This document shows positions 63,526 to 64,000 of a DNA stretch of 64,000 nt, piece after piece (position 1 is the stretch's first letter; each line of letters starts with the position of its first letter). A model generated the notes under the pieces. That model was not told the origin of the DNA. It worked only from the letters and a program-made list of their open reading frames with translations, and searched no databases. Origin of the DNA: Mobula hypostoma (Eukaryota); assembly GCF_963921235.1 (NCBI RefSeq), contig NC_086109.1, positions 12,462,001 to 12,526,000 of the forward strand, written 5' to 3'. Both the position numbers and the translations under genes were made by a program.

Positions 63526-64000
63526 CTGTTAAAAGAAAATCAAATTAAATTTTATCTGCTTTGTATTTGCAAAAACAAGAGAGCACAATCGGTGGACCAA
63601 TGGGTACTTGAGCACGGTAGACCAAAGGTGATCTGTTATCCAATACACATTTAAAGATTAAAGATGAGATTTATTTGTCATATGTTCATCAGATCACACA
63701 GTGAAATGCATTGTTAGCAATGACAACCAACACAGCATATTTTCTGGGGGAAGCCTGCAAGTGTTCCATGCTTCCAGCACCAAAATGGCTTGCCTATGAA
63801 TTACTAATACTTGCCCGTGTGCCTTTGGAACGTGACAGGAAATCAGAGTACCCAGAGGAAACCCACACAGTCACTGGGAGAATGCACAAACAACTTGCAA
63901 CAGTGGTGGGAATTGGGCTCCGGTCGCTGATCACTGGTGCTGTAGTGGTGTTATGCTTATTGCTGTTCTCCTGAGCACCCAATTACATTCACTGACAATT

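Overview
Vertebrate genomic DNA, most likely a cartilaginous fish of the ray/skate lineage (inferred from the repeat families), with no prokaryotic features. Much of the window is transposon-derived: two young CR1 LINEs, older CR1, Rex1/Babar, RTE, Tx1 and R4 fragments, a Sleeping Beauty-like Tc1, Tc1-derived short elements, a decayed Gypsy, a miniature LTR element, V-SINEs, and Penelope-derived short repeats with hammerhead-ribozyme cores. Among these, on the minus strand, is a cluster of paired Ig-superfamily immune receptors of the CD300/pIgR/TREM-related type, resembling the skate MDIR family. Exons were read by hand from splice sites and codon phases. (1) The 3' half of an inhibitory receptor: stalk, uncharged TM and an ITIM tail (57.6-63.5 kb). 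(2) A frameshifted, leaderless single-V activating-type gene (42.4-43.9 kb). (3) An orphan, inverted, frameshifted leader exon next to its promoter (32.1-32.8 kb). (4) A phase-consistent, stop-free model L-V-C2-V-C2-stalk-TM(K/R)-short tail (3.4-23.2 kb). No database searches were run; family names come from motif recognition.
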